DNA of 63,747 nt, filler included, from Choristocarpus tenellus KU-1152 (Eukaryota > Protista > Phaeophyceae): NCBI GenBank assembly GCA_964200185.2. It is 11 parts of 11 records of this genome, joined end to end, with 100 filler letters (N's around TTAATTAATTAA, not from the genome) between each part and the next. Parts side by side here need not be neighbours in the genome. Positions count along the whole stretch, not along the records: positions 26,557 to 32,802 come from CAXNAD020008582.1; positions 32,903 to 39,274 come from CAXNAD020008283.1; 9 more parts are not named here. The stretch is one strand, 5' to 3'. The notes beneath the pieces were generated by a model. The model had not been told where the DNA came from, made no database searches, and was given only the letters and a program-made list of their open reading frames with translations. Numbering within the stretch: the stretch's first letter is position 1; each line of letters starts with the position of its first letter. Below are positions 27,207 through 38,904 of the stretch, piece after piece. Made by a program: the position numbers and the translations under genes.

Positions 27207-27340
27207 GGAAGTCTCAGTAGGACCTCCATGTTACTGCACGCTCCAGAAGCTTACCTCCACAGGATGTGTTACAGGGTGGAAGTCTCCATAGGACATCCAT
27301 GTTACAGCACGCTCCAGAAGCTTGCCTCCACGGGATGTAT
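27207..27340. repeat. Tandem duplication, about 71-bp unit x2
   Basis: ggaagtctc..taggac.tccatgttac.gcacgctccagaagctt.cctccac.ggatgt at 27207 and 27278. Confidence 0.85.
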
Positions 27341-27820
27341 AGCTCCAATCTACAGGACCTATAGATGATAATGATGCACGTATGGGACTAATGATGCACA
27401 AGTCGTCAAGTATGCTGGATCTCTCGCTTGGATTATCATCAATATCATCGTATAAAAAGGAACTGGTCAACGATGTCTCATCACTATCGGGGACCAAAAT
27501 GACCAAATAATAAATAACTAGCCAAGAAGTACAAATCTAGGACTTCAAGGTCATAATGATGTTTATGAAACCGCCATCAAAGACATATCGCTCGTAACAT
27601 GCATGTGTGGATGTGACGAAGATGCGGTGAACTAACTCAACCTGGACAGAAAAAACAGACCAAGACCTACCAAACATAAGAAGCCCCTCACACATCAACA
27701 GATTGGGTTAATTGAACACCCCTTGTACTCTTAGCGATAAAGCGTCTCATAGCTTCATCCCAGGAAAGATCAACAGCATTCTCCATCAAAGCTCAAAAAG
27801 ATAAACCAACACAATCTTCT

Positions 27821-28088
27821 AGGACAAAGTACTCATGGGGGTAGAAGGTTTTACCTGTTTGTCCGTTCGGGGCTTGGCTTCTCATGGCTTCTCATGGGTG
27901 TTTTATGCCCTATTTCGGTTTTCTGTGCAAACACAGTTACCTAAAATGTATACAACTACGAAAGATGTGTCCAGAGCAAGGATATTGTCACTTGCTAACG
28001 AACACAATAGCCAAAATGAATCAAGATCGAAACATTGGATTCATGGTCCTGAACGGACGCAGCCCTGCCTTCTTAAATGCTTCGGGTC
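27821..28088 (+). mobile_element. MITE family A, diverged copy
   Basis: Colinear with 28174-28435 (cctgtttgtccgtt, aaggatattg, aacattggatt), with eroded TIRs. Confidence 0.65.
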
Positions 28089-28173
28089 TCTCTACTTTCT
28101 GAGAGGGGCAGCAGTCTAATCACCAACACACCTGATGATTTCTGTATAAACCGAACAAATCCAAGTAAACTCA

Positions 28174-28435
28174 GAATGAAAGCATCTTAGAGGGTACGGG
28201 TTTTTCCCTGTTTGTCCGTTTGGGGCTTGGCTTCCTACGGGTTTTTTATTACATTTTTCCTACTCCGAAATGTTTCAGAGTAGGTAAAATGTATACGTTA
28301 TGAAAAGGTGTATTCAGAATAAGGATATTGACACCTTCTAACAAACGCGATAGTCAAAATGACATCAAAATCGCAACATTGGATTTTGGGTTCCAAACGG
28401 ACGAGGCTCTTCTACCCTCCAAGATACTTTGACCT
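28174..28435 (+). mobile_element. MITE family A, about 260 bp
   Basis: TIRs AAAGCATCTTAGAGGGTA ... TACCCTCCAAGATACTTT. Homologous end to end with 34652-34909 (inverted). Confidence 0.85.
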
Positions 28436-29229
28436 TGAGTTGAAACTGCAATAAACAGATGGATTGAAGGTGTTCTTTGTCCCATCACATCGCATGACAC
28501 TCTTGTCCACGACCCGGTCCATTGCTTCTCGAAATTGATTAATTGATTGATTTTGCAACATTCAATCCATGATGCAAACATTGTGAGTGCGGGTCCTATC
28601 GTGGAGAAGAAAGTGTGTACCGCACTAGATGAAGAAAGTACGATGGGCTCGAATACAACAAGAAGGGAGAACGTCCAGCAGATAGGTGAACCAAGCACTT
28701 AGTTCCAGTATGCACCACTGCCACCAATGTCGAGCAAGGTCCAATGCCCTCTCCACCCCTCCATTCATCATCCAAGAATACATGTCAGTCAAAACATGAT
28801 CAACCACAAAGAAGTTTTCATAGGAAGAGAAGAGCAGGAAGAGAAAGAAAAAATGGAGTAAAATATATGTTTGAGAAAAAATCCTACTTATCATTGAGAG
28901 GTAGGCAGGTTTGAACCTTTTTTGCATTCTAAGTCATCTTTCGTACCCTGTGCAATGCACTCTGTTACAATTACTCCGTGTACACAATATCGTATGCAAA
29001 AACGATAATCCATCTTCACACACACAAAGTCACACCACAATTAAGCGAAGGTCCTCTCTACAACTATACAAATTGGCGTCTTCTTGCCCTTTGTCAGGAT
29101 CACGCAACCCTGCCTACCCGTCAACTGGTTTGGCTCTGTACTATTCCTTCAATTTATGTCGTTATCGACATGCCCCTATCTCACAGGGGTGTATTGTTGA
29201 GTATTTGGAGACCTTGTGAGTGTCTTATG

Positions 29230-32200
29230 GTACACGTATGAACGTGCGTTTTGAGCACCCTGAAGGGTGATTTCGCCCTTGCTTTCGTGGACAAACGTTT
29301 ATCTGTACTGTTACAGGCGAATAACGCAAGGATTTCTTCCCGCGCTCTAACAAGCGCGAGCAGTATACATGCGTGGGGAACCTTATAAAGAGGAACTCCG
29401 ATTTGCTAAAAGTAGCCAAGTAAGATCTGTAACTCGGGAATGTATGCAACGGCTTTCAGATGTATTCCAACGTCTGTAAACCAGAACAAGTAAACGGTAG
29501 ACGATGGAAGAAACAAAAGAGTGTTGCATAATCAATGCCACCTCTTCACTTTTCTATTTTGATACCATATTCTAATATACTGATAGTAACTGAGAAACGT
29601 GCCTTGTTCTGCTGACCTGATGTTCTTTGAGCTAGTTGGACCTGTTGACTGTCGGAGTATCCTGGGAGGCTTGTACGTGCATCAGCGTCATCTATAGGCC
29701 TGTGGATTGGGGGTACACATCCTGTTGAGGTAAGCGTTTGGAGCGTGCTGTAACAGTACTTCTACAGCCACAGCCTCCCCAGGGCGGTTAGCTACACCTC
29801 AGCCATGGGAGGGAAAGAAGTGTGAGGAAGGAAATGAAGAAAACGGAATGCTCAAAAGATGCTCAAAAATTGATCTAGCCACCTCTAAGATAGGATGATG
29901 CGTTACAGGCGAATAGCGCGAGCATTTCTTCCCATGTTTTAGCAAACACGAACATTTGTGACAGACGTATCGTGTGAGGATTGTTTCTCGTGTTCTAGCA
30001 AGTGCGAACAAGATACGATGTTAGTAACACATAGGTAGCCTTACAGAAGAAATGATGGTTTGATAGGAGATGCAGAGTAAGATGTGAAATTCAAACATAA
30101 TCTTACAGAATGGATGTCAATTCCTGGAAGTTGTAGAATAGAGATTAATGATTGAAGTATCTACTTAGCAGTTTGCAGACTCAATTTAACTCTTTGGCTG
30201 TAGAAAAATGGTTGCATTACGACAGATTGGTGCCAGCATTGGAGCAACGGATTTCTCCTGTTCCTCAAACTTGAAAAAACGGGATAGAGTATCAGGTATA
30301 ACATTGAGCTTACCAGGCTTTTGTGCTTGACTGTGAAATCATACGCTTGAAGAGCAATATCCCAACGGGTAAGCATGTTACTGGTATCCTGCATTCTATA
30401 ACAGTAATACAATGCGGCATGATCTGTGATGCAGGTGAAGTGTCTACCCCAAAGATACGGTCGCCACTGCGTGATGGCTGTAACGACTGCATAACACTCT
30501 CTTAATGTAGCTGAATAATGAGGTTGAGCTTCAATAAATTTCTTGCTGAAGCATGCAATGATACCTAGGTCTGCAGGATTATCGGATCGAGGTTGTGCTA
30601 AAATACCTCCAGAACCACTCTCACTGGCATCAACATGGATGATGAATTCTTTGGTAAAGTCAGGGAACACGAGAACCGGGGCAGCAGTGAGTAATTGTTT
30701 TACTTTATAAAATGCCGCATCCTGGTCCAATCCCCATTCTTTATCCACTCTCTTATTGACACCTTTCTTAGTGAGAAGAAGTAACGGTTCGATTACTGTG
30801 GCTAAGTTGGGTATGAATTTACACGCACAAAATTGATCATACCTAGGACAGATCGAAGTTCTTTGATGGTGGTGGGTTTGGGTAATGCAGAGATTGCACG
30901 GACACGATCCTCACCAATACGAATCCCTTCAGACGATAAAATGTGACCAAGGCAACGTACTTCTTCGGGTCCAAACTGGATCTTTGACGGTTTCAAAGTT
31001 AAACCTGCTGCTTGTAACGCTTTAAACTGCTGTTCTAGTAAGTGTATATGTCCTTCCCATGTGGGAGAACAAGCAATCAGATCATCCATATAAACTAGCA
31101 ACCCACTCAATGGACCAAAGTTGGCAAAGGCTAAGGACATGATTCTTTGAAATTGCCAAGGAGCATTTGATATCCCAAAGGGCATCCTCATAAAAACGTA
31201 TTTGCCTCTGGACGTGACAAAAGAGCGGTTATATCAATGTCATCCTCAGCAACAGGAATTTGCCAATATGCACTCTGAATATCACAAACGGTGATAAATT
31301 TGGCACCCCCAACAGTATCAATATGAGACTTTATATCAGGCATAGGCCAAGACTGTCGAACAAGGTGTTTGTTAACAGTCCATCAGATTTGGCCACAATA
31401 GTAACAGAACTACCCCAAGGGCTGGCACGTTTTTCAATAATGCCTTGCTCTTCCGTAGTATTAGCACACGAGTCAATTACTTGTACAGGGGTTTGCTCTG
31501 TAAGGGTTCCTGTCAACAGGTTTGGTACCCGGCTCTATAGGAATTTCTGCTTCAGCTAGGGTACATCTGCCTAGTTCTGCTGCATTCAACGAAAATACCG
31601 ATCTATAACGAGCACAGAGGTCTAAAAGCTGAGACACTTGTGACTGATTGAACGTGATATCTTTGAATGCATCTGACTTGGTGAAGGCTTGATGTAACTC
31701 CTCTCTAGCTTTACTGAACGGAGCAGAACCAGTATTTAGAGCACAAACAGTAATTGGTACCTGATCTGAAGTAGGGGTTAAGTGACCTATCACAAGATGC
31801 TTCCTGATACGTACTTTCGGTGTTGTTGGATTTGCCATTAGGACCAATACTGATTTATTATTGGCTGACCAAATACTGAGAGTGCAAGCAGCTATGATAC
31901 GATTCCATGGATGTGTAGGTTCAGAGGTTTGATCTACAGCAGGCATGGAGTGTATGAATGGCTCCACTACTACGGCAGTATCCAATGAAGGACTAGTATC
32001 AGTGGTGCAACGTACGATGATTTCATGACCAGCTGATATGTTATACTGTTTATGTGCACGAACAGGTACAGGGTCAAAATCATGTTGCACACTCACCACA
32101 GAACACGAAGGAGTTGTACTTTTGTATCACGTACTTGAGTGGGGCTCCTTGTCATGTGATGTCTTGCTGAAATGGTACACGAACTGTTGTGAAATGAAAG

Positions 32201-32802
32201 ACGTTTTTGCCAATCAAGGATTGCACCGAATGCCTGCGTAACACTATTATCAAGCAGAATTTTATCGGGACCAAGTTGGGGAATCACTAAAGCTTCAACT
32301 GGCAATGTGGTGTCACCAAGTGTAAGTATCAAAACAAATAAATCCATGAATATGCAAAGGTGAACCATTTGCTGCACGTAGATTTATTGCACCAGGTGGG
32401 GCAGGATGCACATCAAAACGTTTCAGTTGAGGGTGATTGCGAACAAATATTTCAGAAATACATGGTACATCACTGACTGTGTCCATTGTCAAGTCATTTT
32501 CCTCTTGCTCTTCTACGGTGCCAGATACACGAACTCTTTGTGATGAAAACGACAAAGGTTTGGGCATGGATGGGCATCTGCACAAAGAACTGTTGAACCA
32601 AGTTTCATTATTATTACACGAGTTTGGTCGAACTAATGGCAAAGAAAAGTGCTTAGTGACATGCGTGCAGGAAATAAACGATGCCTGCGGGGCAAGAGGT
32701 ACGACTGGCGTCAACCTCTGACACTTGCCACTCCCTACGCTGGTGTCAACAACGACACCATGGCTGTTCCCAAGTGGACAGGAGTCAAATCCACCTGGGC
32801 AT
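29230..32802 (-). mobile_element. Ty3/gypsy LTR retrotransposon pol, pseudogenised (PR - dUTPase-like spacer - RT - RNase H - partial IN region)
   Basis: Protease DTVSDVPCIS..AANGSPL (about 32480). RT SPWGSSVTIV, MPFGISNAP, VYMDDLI (about 31090). RNase H HVDAS, YSATLRECYAV, TDHAAL (30161-30748). Multiple frameshifts. Confidence 0.95.
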
Positions 32803-32902
32803 NNNNNNNNNNNNNNNNNNNNNNNNNNNNNNNNNNNNNNNNNNNNTTAATTAATTAANNNNNNNNNNNNNNNNNNNNNNNNNNNNNNNNNNNNNNNNNN
32901 NN
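32803..32902. other. Artificial contig linker
   Basis: 44 N + TTAATTAATTAA + 44 N. Confidence 0.99.
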
Positions 32903-32957
32903 GGGGGGGGGGGGGGGGGGGGGGGGTAGGTGTTGGGGGGGGGAAGGGTGGGGGGGG

Positions 32958-33290
32958 GTGACTGGAAATCAAGTGACGAAGGGGTCACACTGGCTGGTTA
33001 TCAAATGTGGGGGGTGACTGGAAATCAGTGGCGAAGGTTGGTCTTCAGATGGGGAAGGTGACTGGAAATCAGTGATGAAGGGGGTTCGCCCTGAGTGGTC
33101 ATCAAATGTGGGGGGTGATTGGAAATCAGTGGCAAAAGGGGTTCGCCCTGGGTGGTCATCAGATGGGGAGGGTGACTGGAAATCAGTGACGAAAGGGGTT
33201 TGCACTGGTTAGTCATTAGAGGTGGGGGATAACTAGGAAACCAGTGGCAAGGATGTCGCATTGGGCTGGTCATAAGTAGGGGTAAATGGG
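32958..33290. repeat. Minisatellite, mostly 57-bp unit, about 6 copies, at the 3' side of the Tc1-like element
   Basis: Core GACTGGAAATCAGTG at 32960, 33016, 33060, 33117, 33174 and 33231. Confidence 0.9.
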
Positions 33291-33364
33291 GAAGGAAAGG
33301 GAAATGAGTGAATTGCGAACAAGGAACAAAAATAATAATAATCCAGAATTCGTGAGCAAAACAA

Positions 33365-34460
33365 ACCTTATTTGATGGGTCTAGATTGGTCAACTTGCAG
33401 TAATCGTGAGAAAAGCAGGACCATACTTGAATCAAGTAGTCCTCACGCGCGGTTCGCACGGGTGTCACGCAGCGCGCGCGCTTGTGCAGTTGTGGATGAT
33501 TTGACGCAAGAAGAGGTCATCTTCACCTGGAGATCATACATATTGTTGTCTCTCCATTCTCTTTCCATTATTTCCCGTTTATGTGATGTTGTCACCTGCT
33601 GACTAAGGCTCGCTCATGGGGGCCCAGGCCTCTGATCCAGACATTCAATGCCAAGTTAAATGAGGTATTCTGAAGGTGCAGGCCTCCTGTCAGACTTAAA
33701 TATCTTGTACACCCTGTCCAAATTGGTGCACTCCATGCCTTTCTCGTTGGAATATGTATATATATATATTAGGTGGTAAGCAATACTTATCCTGAAGAAC
33801 CTCTCCACAATTACTCCGGACAGTCCCCTTCCTCCTTAAGACTGACAGAAATGTTGGACCTAATTCCAGGCAATGTGTAGTCACAGTGGCCTCGTACATA
33901 GTGCTTCGCCCACCCCCAGACCATCTCTATCGGGTTCAATCCACAGTGATACTTCGGAAGCATCAAGCAGTATCCTCCAAGACGCTCCTCCAGAATCTTA
34001 AGACTCGGTTCTACCACCTTGAAATCCGACTGCTCCCCAAGAACGTATGTCATGCCCATGCTCTTATTCCTGTCCTTACCCCCGTCCTTGGTCATCCCTG
34101 GGATGAACAAACCTCTCTCTTGCAAAATCTGCCTCATCCCCTTAACCTGTCCAACATACTCCCCCTTCTCGCTTTGTGGACGAACGGAAATCGCCAGCCG
34201 ATATCCCTTGCCCCTGGTCTCCCGGCAGCACTGGACGAACTCAAATCCATCAGGGAGTGAACGCACCACAACGTCAATGTCGTCAGGTGACAACTCGGAG
34301 CTCAATGGGCGTCACAGCGTCCTGTTTAAACAGTATTAAGTTGAGGCCCTGCCCCCACGTACCGTTTCGGCGATTACCAATCTTGATTTGTTTGAAAAGG
34401 TTGCCCAACGAGTTAATCAACGATCAGCATATTGAATTAAAGCTCTTGAACTTTAAATGC
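33365..34460 (-). mobile_element. IS630/Tc1-mariner-like (DDE_3-type) transposase remnant, copy 2
   Basis: ORF 33811-34305: KGMRQILQERGL...VLGEQSDF...LPKYHCGLNPIEMVWGWAKHYVRGHCDYT. The C-terminus YKIFKSDRR follows after a frameshift. Confidence 0.88.
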
Positions 34461-34651
34461 AAATCAGTCAAAATCTGGGTACCACCGGTTTACTTTGGCT
34501 CTGTTGCTGGTGTTGTTTCTCTAAACTCAACTCTCCTAATACTGCATCTGAGGTTACCGATGGCCACCTCCGTTGGGACTCCTCTAATCAATTCATGATA
34601 GCCTTGAAAACTAGCACACTTGAGTTAGTAACATGCTAGGTAGCAGCATGT

Positions 34652-34909
34652 GAGTCTAAGTATCTTATAGGGTAGGGCCATGTCCATTTGGTGTCAAAAT
34701 CCAATGTTGCGATTTTGATGTAATTTTGACTATCGTGTTTGTTAGGAAGTGTCAATATCCTTGTTCTGGACACACCTTTTCATAATGTATACATTCTACC
34801 TGCTCTGAAACATTTTGGAGTAGGAAAATGTCTTGATAAAAAAACATGGGAAGCCAAGCCCCAAATGGACAAACAGGACGAAACTCTTACCCTGAAGGAT
34901 ATTTAACTC
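34652..34909 (-). mobile_element. MITE family A with 3-bp TSD (TGT)
   Basis: tgt|GAGTCTAAGTATCT ... GGATATTTAACTC|tgt. Reverse complement is colinear with 28174-28435. Confidence 0.85.
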
Positions 34910-36887
34910 TGTTAAAGAAGCTTTTGTCTCTTAAGACTTGTGCATATAAATAACTTCATAACTTCTTCATTAGCTGGACAAGTTGTAGATGAAGTAAGGA
35001 GAGAGGAAGGAGGTGTGGGCCTTCAAGCTGAAGTAGGGAGGTCCATAACACCAAATCGATCCTATTCTGTGGATCGCCAATCACTAATCACAGATTACTT
35101 GCTACACCATGTCTACTTTTCTTGAACTCTTTCATATTCTAGTTCTTCAACCCGTACATATCTCTCTTCTTCGCAATATAATTTTGGTCTCTTCTATCGA
35201 CTGATTGTTTCTTACATAGTCCACTTTTACAAGAGAATAGAAATCATAGTATTGACAGATTATCGCCCAATGTTTTTCTCCAGTACACACTATCCTCCAC
35301 AGAATAATTGGGCAACCCTAAAACATTATGCTGAGTCAAATATGTCCATACTATTATTATGTGCATCATATTGGTTGAGGGATTGTCCTGATCCGTGGTC
35401 AGAGGCACCACACACTCCACTACTTCTGATACTAACTGCTGACACTAATTGTTCCACTACGACTACATGTATAGCGGTTCCTACCTTGCTTGTCGCGCGT
35501 TGGGTTCAGTTCTTCCATCACCCGTCGCTCCTCCTCCTCCCTCGAATCTTCAGCTGGGCCCGGTCTAAATTTTCTCCCATGAACTTGGTCTGCAGCCTTT
35601 GTGGTATAGCCACACATACGAAAGTACAAGTGTACAATTCGTCGAGGTTTCCACGTGGAATGACATAAACGAAACCAGATTTCTGTGAAGATAGTTTGGC
35701 GTTGAAGGGATTAAAGTCCGCTAAATCAGTGTGGGTAACTGCCGCCTTCAAGCACTTATCCGTAAAACACTCAATTAATATAATATGGTATCGACTGTTT
35801 GTCCCACACTGGCTACACGAAACCGTACATGAAACCGTCACCTTTCTGTTGTATGGTAGGACCAGATCTCAAAAAAGCACAATTTACTGCGACAACGGGG
35901 ATTTCTCCACCTTGCCGAGAAAGATGAAGCACAGTGATTCCGTCAGAATTTTTTCTCAACCTTGATGCACCCTGTCCCAGCAATAAATACACGACAGTGC
36001 AACCATACAGCCCACAAATCTCATGCCGCACATGGTAGTTTGACTCAATGAAATGCTGTTTGCTTACCCCCACCTATCTTTCCGCCCGTTCTACCCATCA
36101 GGAGTTCAAGCAGTAGAGATGGAAAGGAGATATAGGAATTGGAGTCAACCGCGAGTATCAAAGTGAAACTTGGTTTCTATTCTGACAGGAAAATGTGGAG
36201 GGGTTTTTATTTAGACACACGTGCTCGGCAGAGGTACTGTGTCTGGTTGAAAGCTATTTAGGTTTTATGTGAGTTATCTGCTTCCTTCTTGGCGCTATTC
36301 TGAGGACATTGTCTTGGTCACCGAGTCTCGTTTTGTTACCCTATTGACTTTTCAGAATGGGATTATCTGTTCAAATCCTGTTGACTTCGTCATTCCTTGT
36401 TGAAAACATGATAGGTCTTGCGCAAAGAAGCTGATTTTGGGGGAAAGTTCTACTGCTTCATCGATTATCACGAAAAATTAAAAACGCCAAACCGCAATGT
36501 TAGTGTGGTCCACTGACAGATTTAGGCTCATTATGTCCTCGCCTATCCCTTTTGGTCATTTCTACTTCAAAGGCAGACTTAGAGTGCATCTTCTAAACAG
36601 TATGCCGTTTGAGGCGAGTAATCGCAAAAATGATAGTGTTGCAAATCTTTGTCATTGCTCTTCACTTTCCTGTATTTGTGTTTGTATTGATGGCACATGA
36701 AAAAACAATGCCAAAATACGTTTCACACTAAACATCGTCAGCTCTTCCTCTCGCCACACCTTCCTGCCCCATGGCGAGGGTAGACATAAATCTTGGGGGC
36801 AATTCGACGAAGTGAAGGACCTATTCGATAAGGATGTTGCTATGTGCCCCACACAAAGCAGGCAGAGATAATACTCTGTCCATGCCC

Positions 36888-36971
36888 CACGGCCAAGTGT
36901 ACAGCACAGAGGTTTCTCAATTCACAGTGAAGTCTGAAGGGTCAACAGACACATCTGGAGCTTCAGATAAG
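36888..36971 (+). CDS. Exon-like module, paralog of 37414-37557 in the opposite orientation (possibly partial)
   Basis: HGQVYSTEVSQFTVKSEGSTDTSGASDK followed by an AAG|GTTGGC donor. Confidence 0.45.
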
Positions 36972-37413
36972 GTTGGCTACAGGTATCACACATCAGAGGC
37001 AGGAGTGTGTGTGGTTGAGGCAGGGGTGAACGCCAATGACAAAGCCTGTAGTCTCAGCCCAAACTTTGCCAGAAGCAAGGAGGACCAGGGCAGGCAAGTC
37101 CAACAGGGTTGATTTCTCTATTGTTTGAAACAGTACAATTTGGAGAATATCCATAGGCATTTGTCAATAAAAGTCGAATTTTGCACATACTTGCTGGCAT
37201 CCTTAAAATGCAACTCTGGGATACCTATCGTTTACTTCAATTCACTTTCACTTCTCTTGGCACATAGTCATGGACACATTGGAGATTGAGACCACCTCCT
37301 AGCCTCGTCATGTTCTCTACCTCGGCTTGTGTTGAAGTAGCATTTCAAGTTAAAATGTTACATCTGGTGCTCTAACTTCCATAACCTACTACTACAATGC
37401 AATTGCAGCCAAC

Positions 37414-37557
37414 CTTATCTGAGGCTCCAGATGTGTCCAGAGACCCCTCAGTCTTCACTGTGAATTGAGTAACGTCAGAGCTGCATGCCTGGCCGTGCAC
37501 AGCTATCTCTAGATCCACGGCAATGGGGGTCTCCTCTTCTACTGCAAGCCCTGCAAC
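37414..37557 (-). CDS. 48-codon phase 0-0 exon of an unknown protein (weak resemblance to the first strand of a PLAT/LH2 domain)
   Basis: gcaCAG|VAGLAVEEETPIAVDLEIAVHGQACSSDVTQFTVKTEGSLDTSGASDK|GTTGGC. Confidence 0.5.
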
Positions 37558-38904
37558 CTGTGCCTTTGCCTTTGTGGTAAGAGACATTGGGGGGGTGGGG
37601 AGGGGGAGGAACACAATACCAAAGAGAATGAAGGATGAAAACATAGAAGAAAGCATTGCCTCTTCAGAGGAACAAAAGGTAACTGCTAGTAACAGCATAT
37701 ATTCAGCACATTGATGTATTGACCCAGGTTAGGCGAGTGGACAAGGTGGAATGTCACTGCTGTGCATTGGCATCTCCTGCTATCAAGACATAGGTCTATG
37801 CACATACGTCACAAAAGCACAAACGATTGGTTGAGTGGAAGCAACCCAGAGGTACTGAACAGATTTGTGCCAACAGGGAGACATACCTTTAAGGTGGTTG
37901 GAGAGAGCAAACCACCAAGACAGCAACATTATGATGTCAATTCCTGACAGTATGCCCCACAATCAGAGAGGGCGACCTCGATTGGACGACACCAACAATA
38001 CAACGTATAACTCTCAGAGTGATAGTTGCTATCTCCTCAATGCGGCGTGTGTGCCCCTTTTGGGACTAGTCTAGTTGAGAGATAATGGAGGTGGCCCAGG
38101 CTACCTGAATGCTCTGAATGGAGGAGCAGGTCTAGTACATTGGGGGAGGGAAGGAGGAGCAATGCTCTCAAGCGTATGTGTAGGATTTATTTTGATCAAA
38201 CCACTGCTAACCTCCGGCCTAGTTTTTGAGGTCGTGTGTATTTGGGTAGATGGAATCTCTTCCATCAGTAATCTCAACGGCACAAAAGTGGTCAACCCCA
38301 CTGCCCACCTCTCTGCACAATCGGACCACTTAACCTTCCCATTCCTATCCCTCTCCAACATGAAGACTCCTTCCACGACTTCCAGAAGACAACGTCAAGA
38401 GAGAAATGGCAGGAGGATGGTCATGAGCAATGGGAGGAAGGCTGGAGATGGGGAAGCTGGGGGGATGGAAGATGGAGGACTGGGGGCGAGGCTGGGAAGG
38501 AGGAAGCTACATTTGTAGAGTGACATTGACTGGAGCAGGCAGAGGGGAGCACAGGGGGTAGAGTAGGATGTGCAGCAGGGCCAAGAGGGACAGTGGGGGG
38601 TATGAGAGAGGGGAGGAGGAGCATGGGAATCGTAGGAGCCAGGGAGGGTAGAGGGGGATAGAGACCTCTGTAGGGGGTGGGTGTAGGATAGCAGAAAGCA
38701 GCTGGGCTATATGTGTTGTCAAACAACTGATGGAGAACCCCAATGAATTACTGGAGTATATTATGTTGTGGGGGTGGATATAATATTTTTTGCAGTAACA
38801 ATGAGAAGGGTAGGGGGTGAAGGAGAGAGGGTAACTTCGTAGTGTACTGTGGTGAAGTGTAGTACTACAGAATCGCATTAGGAATACTCTTGTACAGGCT
38901 ACCC

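Noticed and set aside
32903-32958. G-quadruplex-like poly-G tracts at several contig ends
   Set aside because: Homopolymer lengths at contig breaks are unreliable and there is no evidence of function.
32958-33290. CRISPR-like array (palindromic repeat at regular spacing)
   Set aside because: The intervening sequences are homologous to each other, there are no cas genes and the context is eukaryotic. It is a minisatellite.
38075-38878. Overlapping Pro/Gly-rich ORFs
   Set aside because: By-product of purine/G-rich low-complexity sequence.
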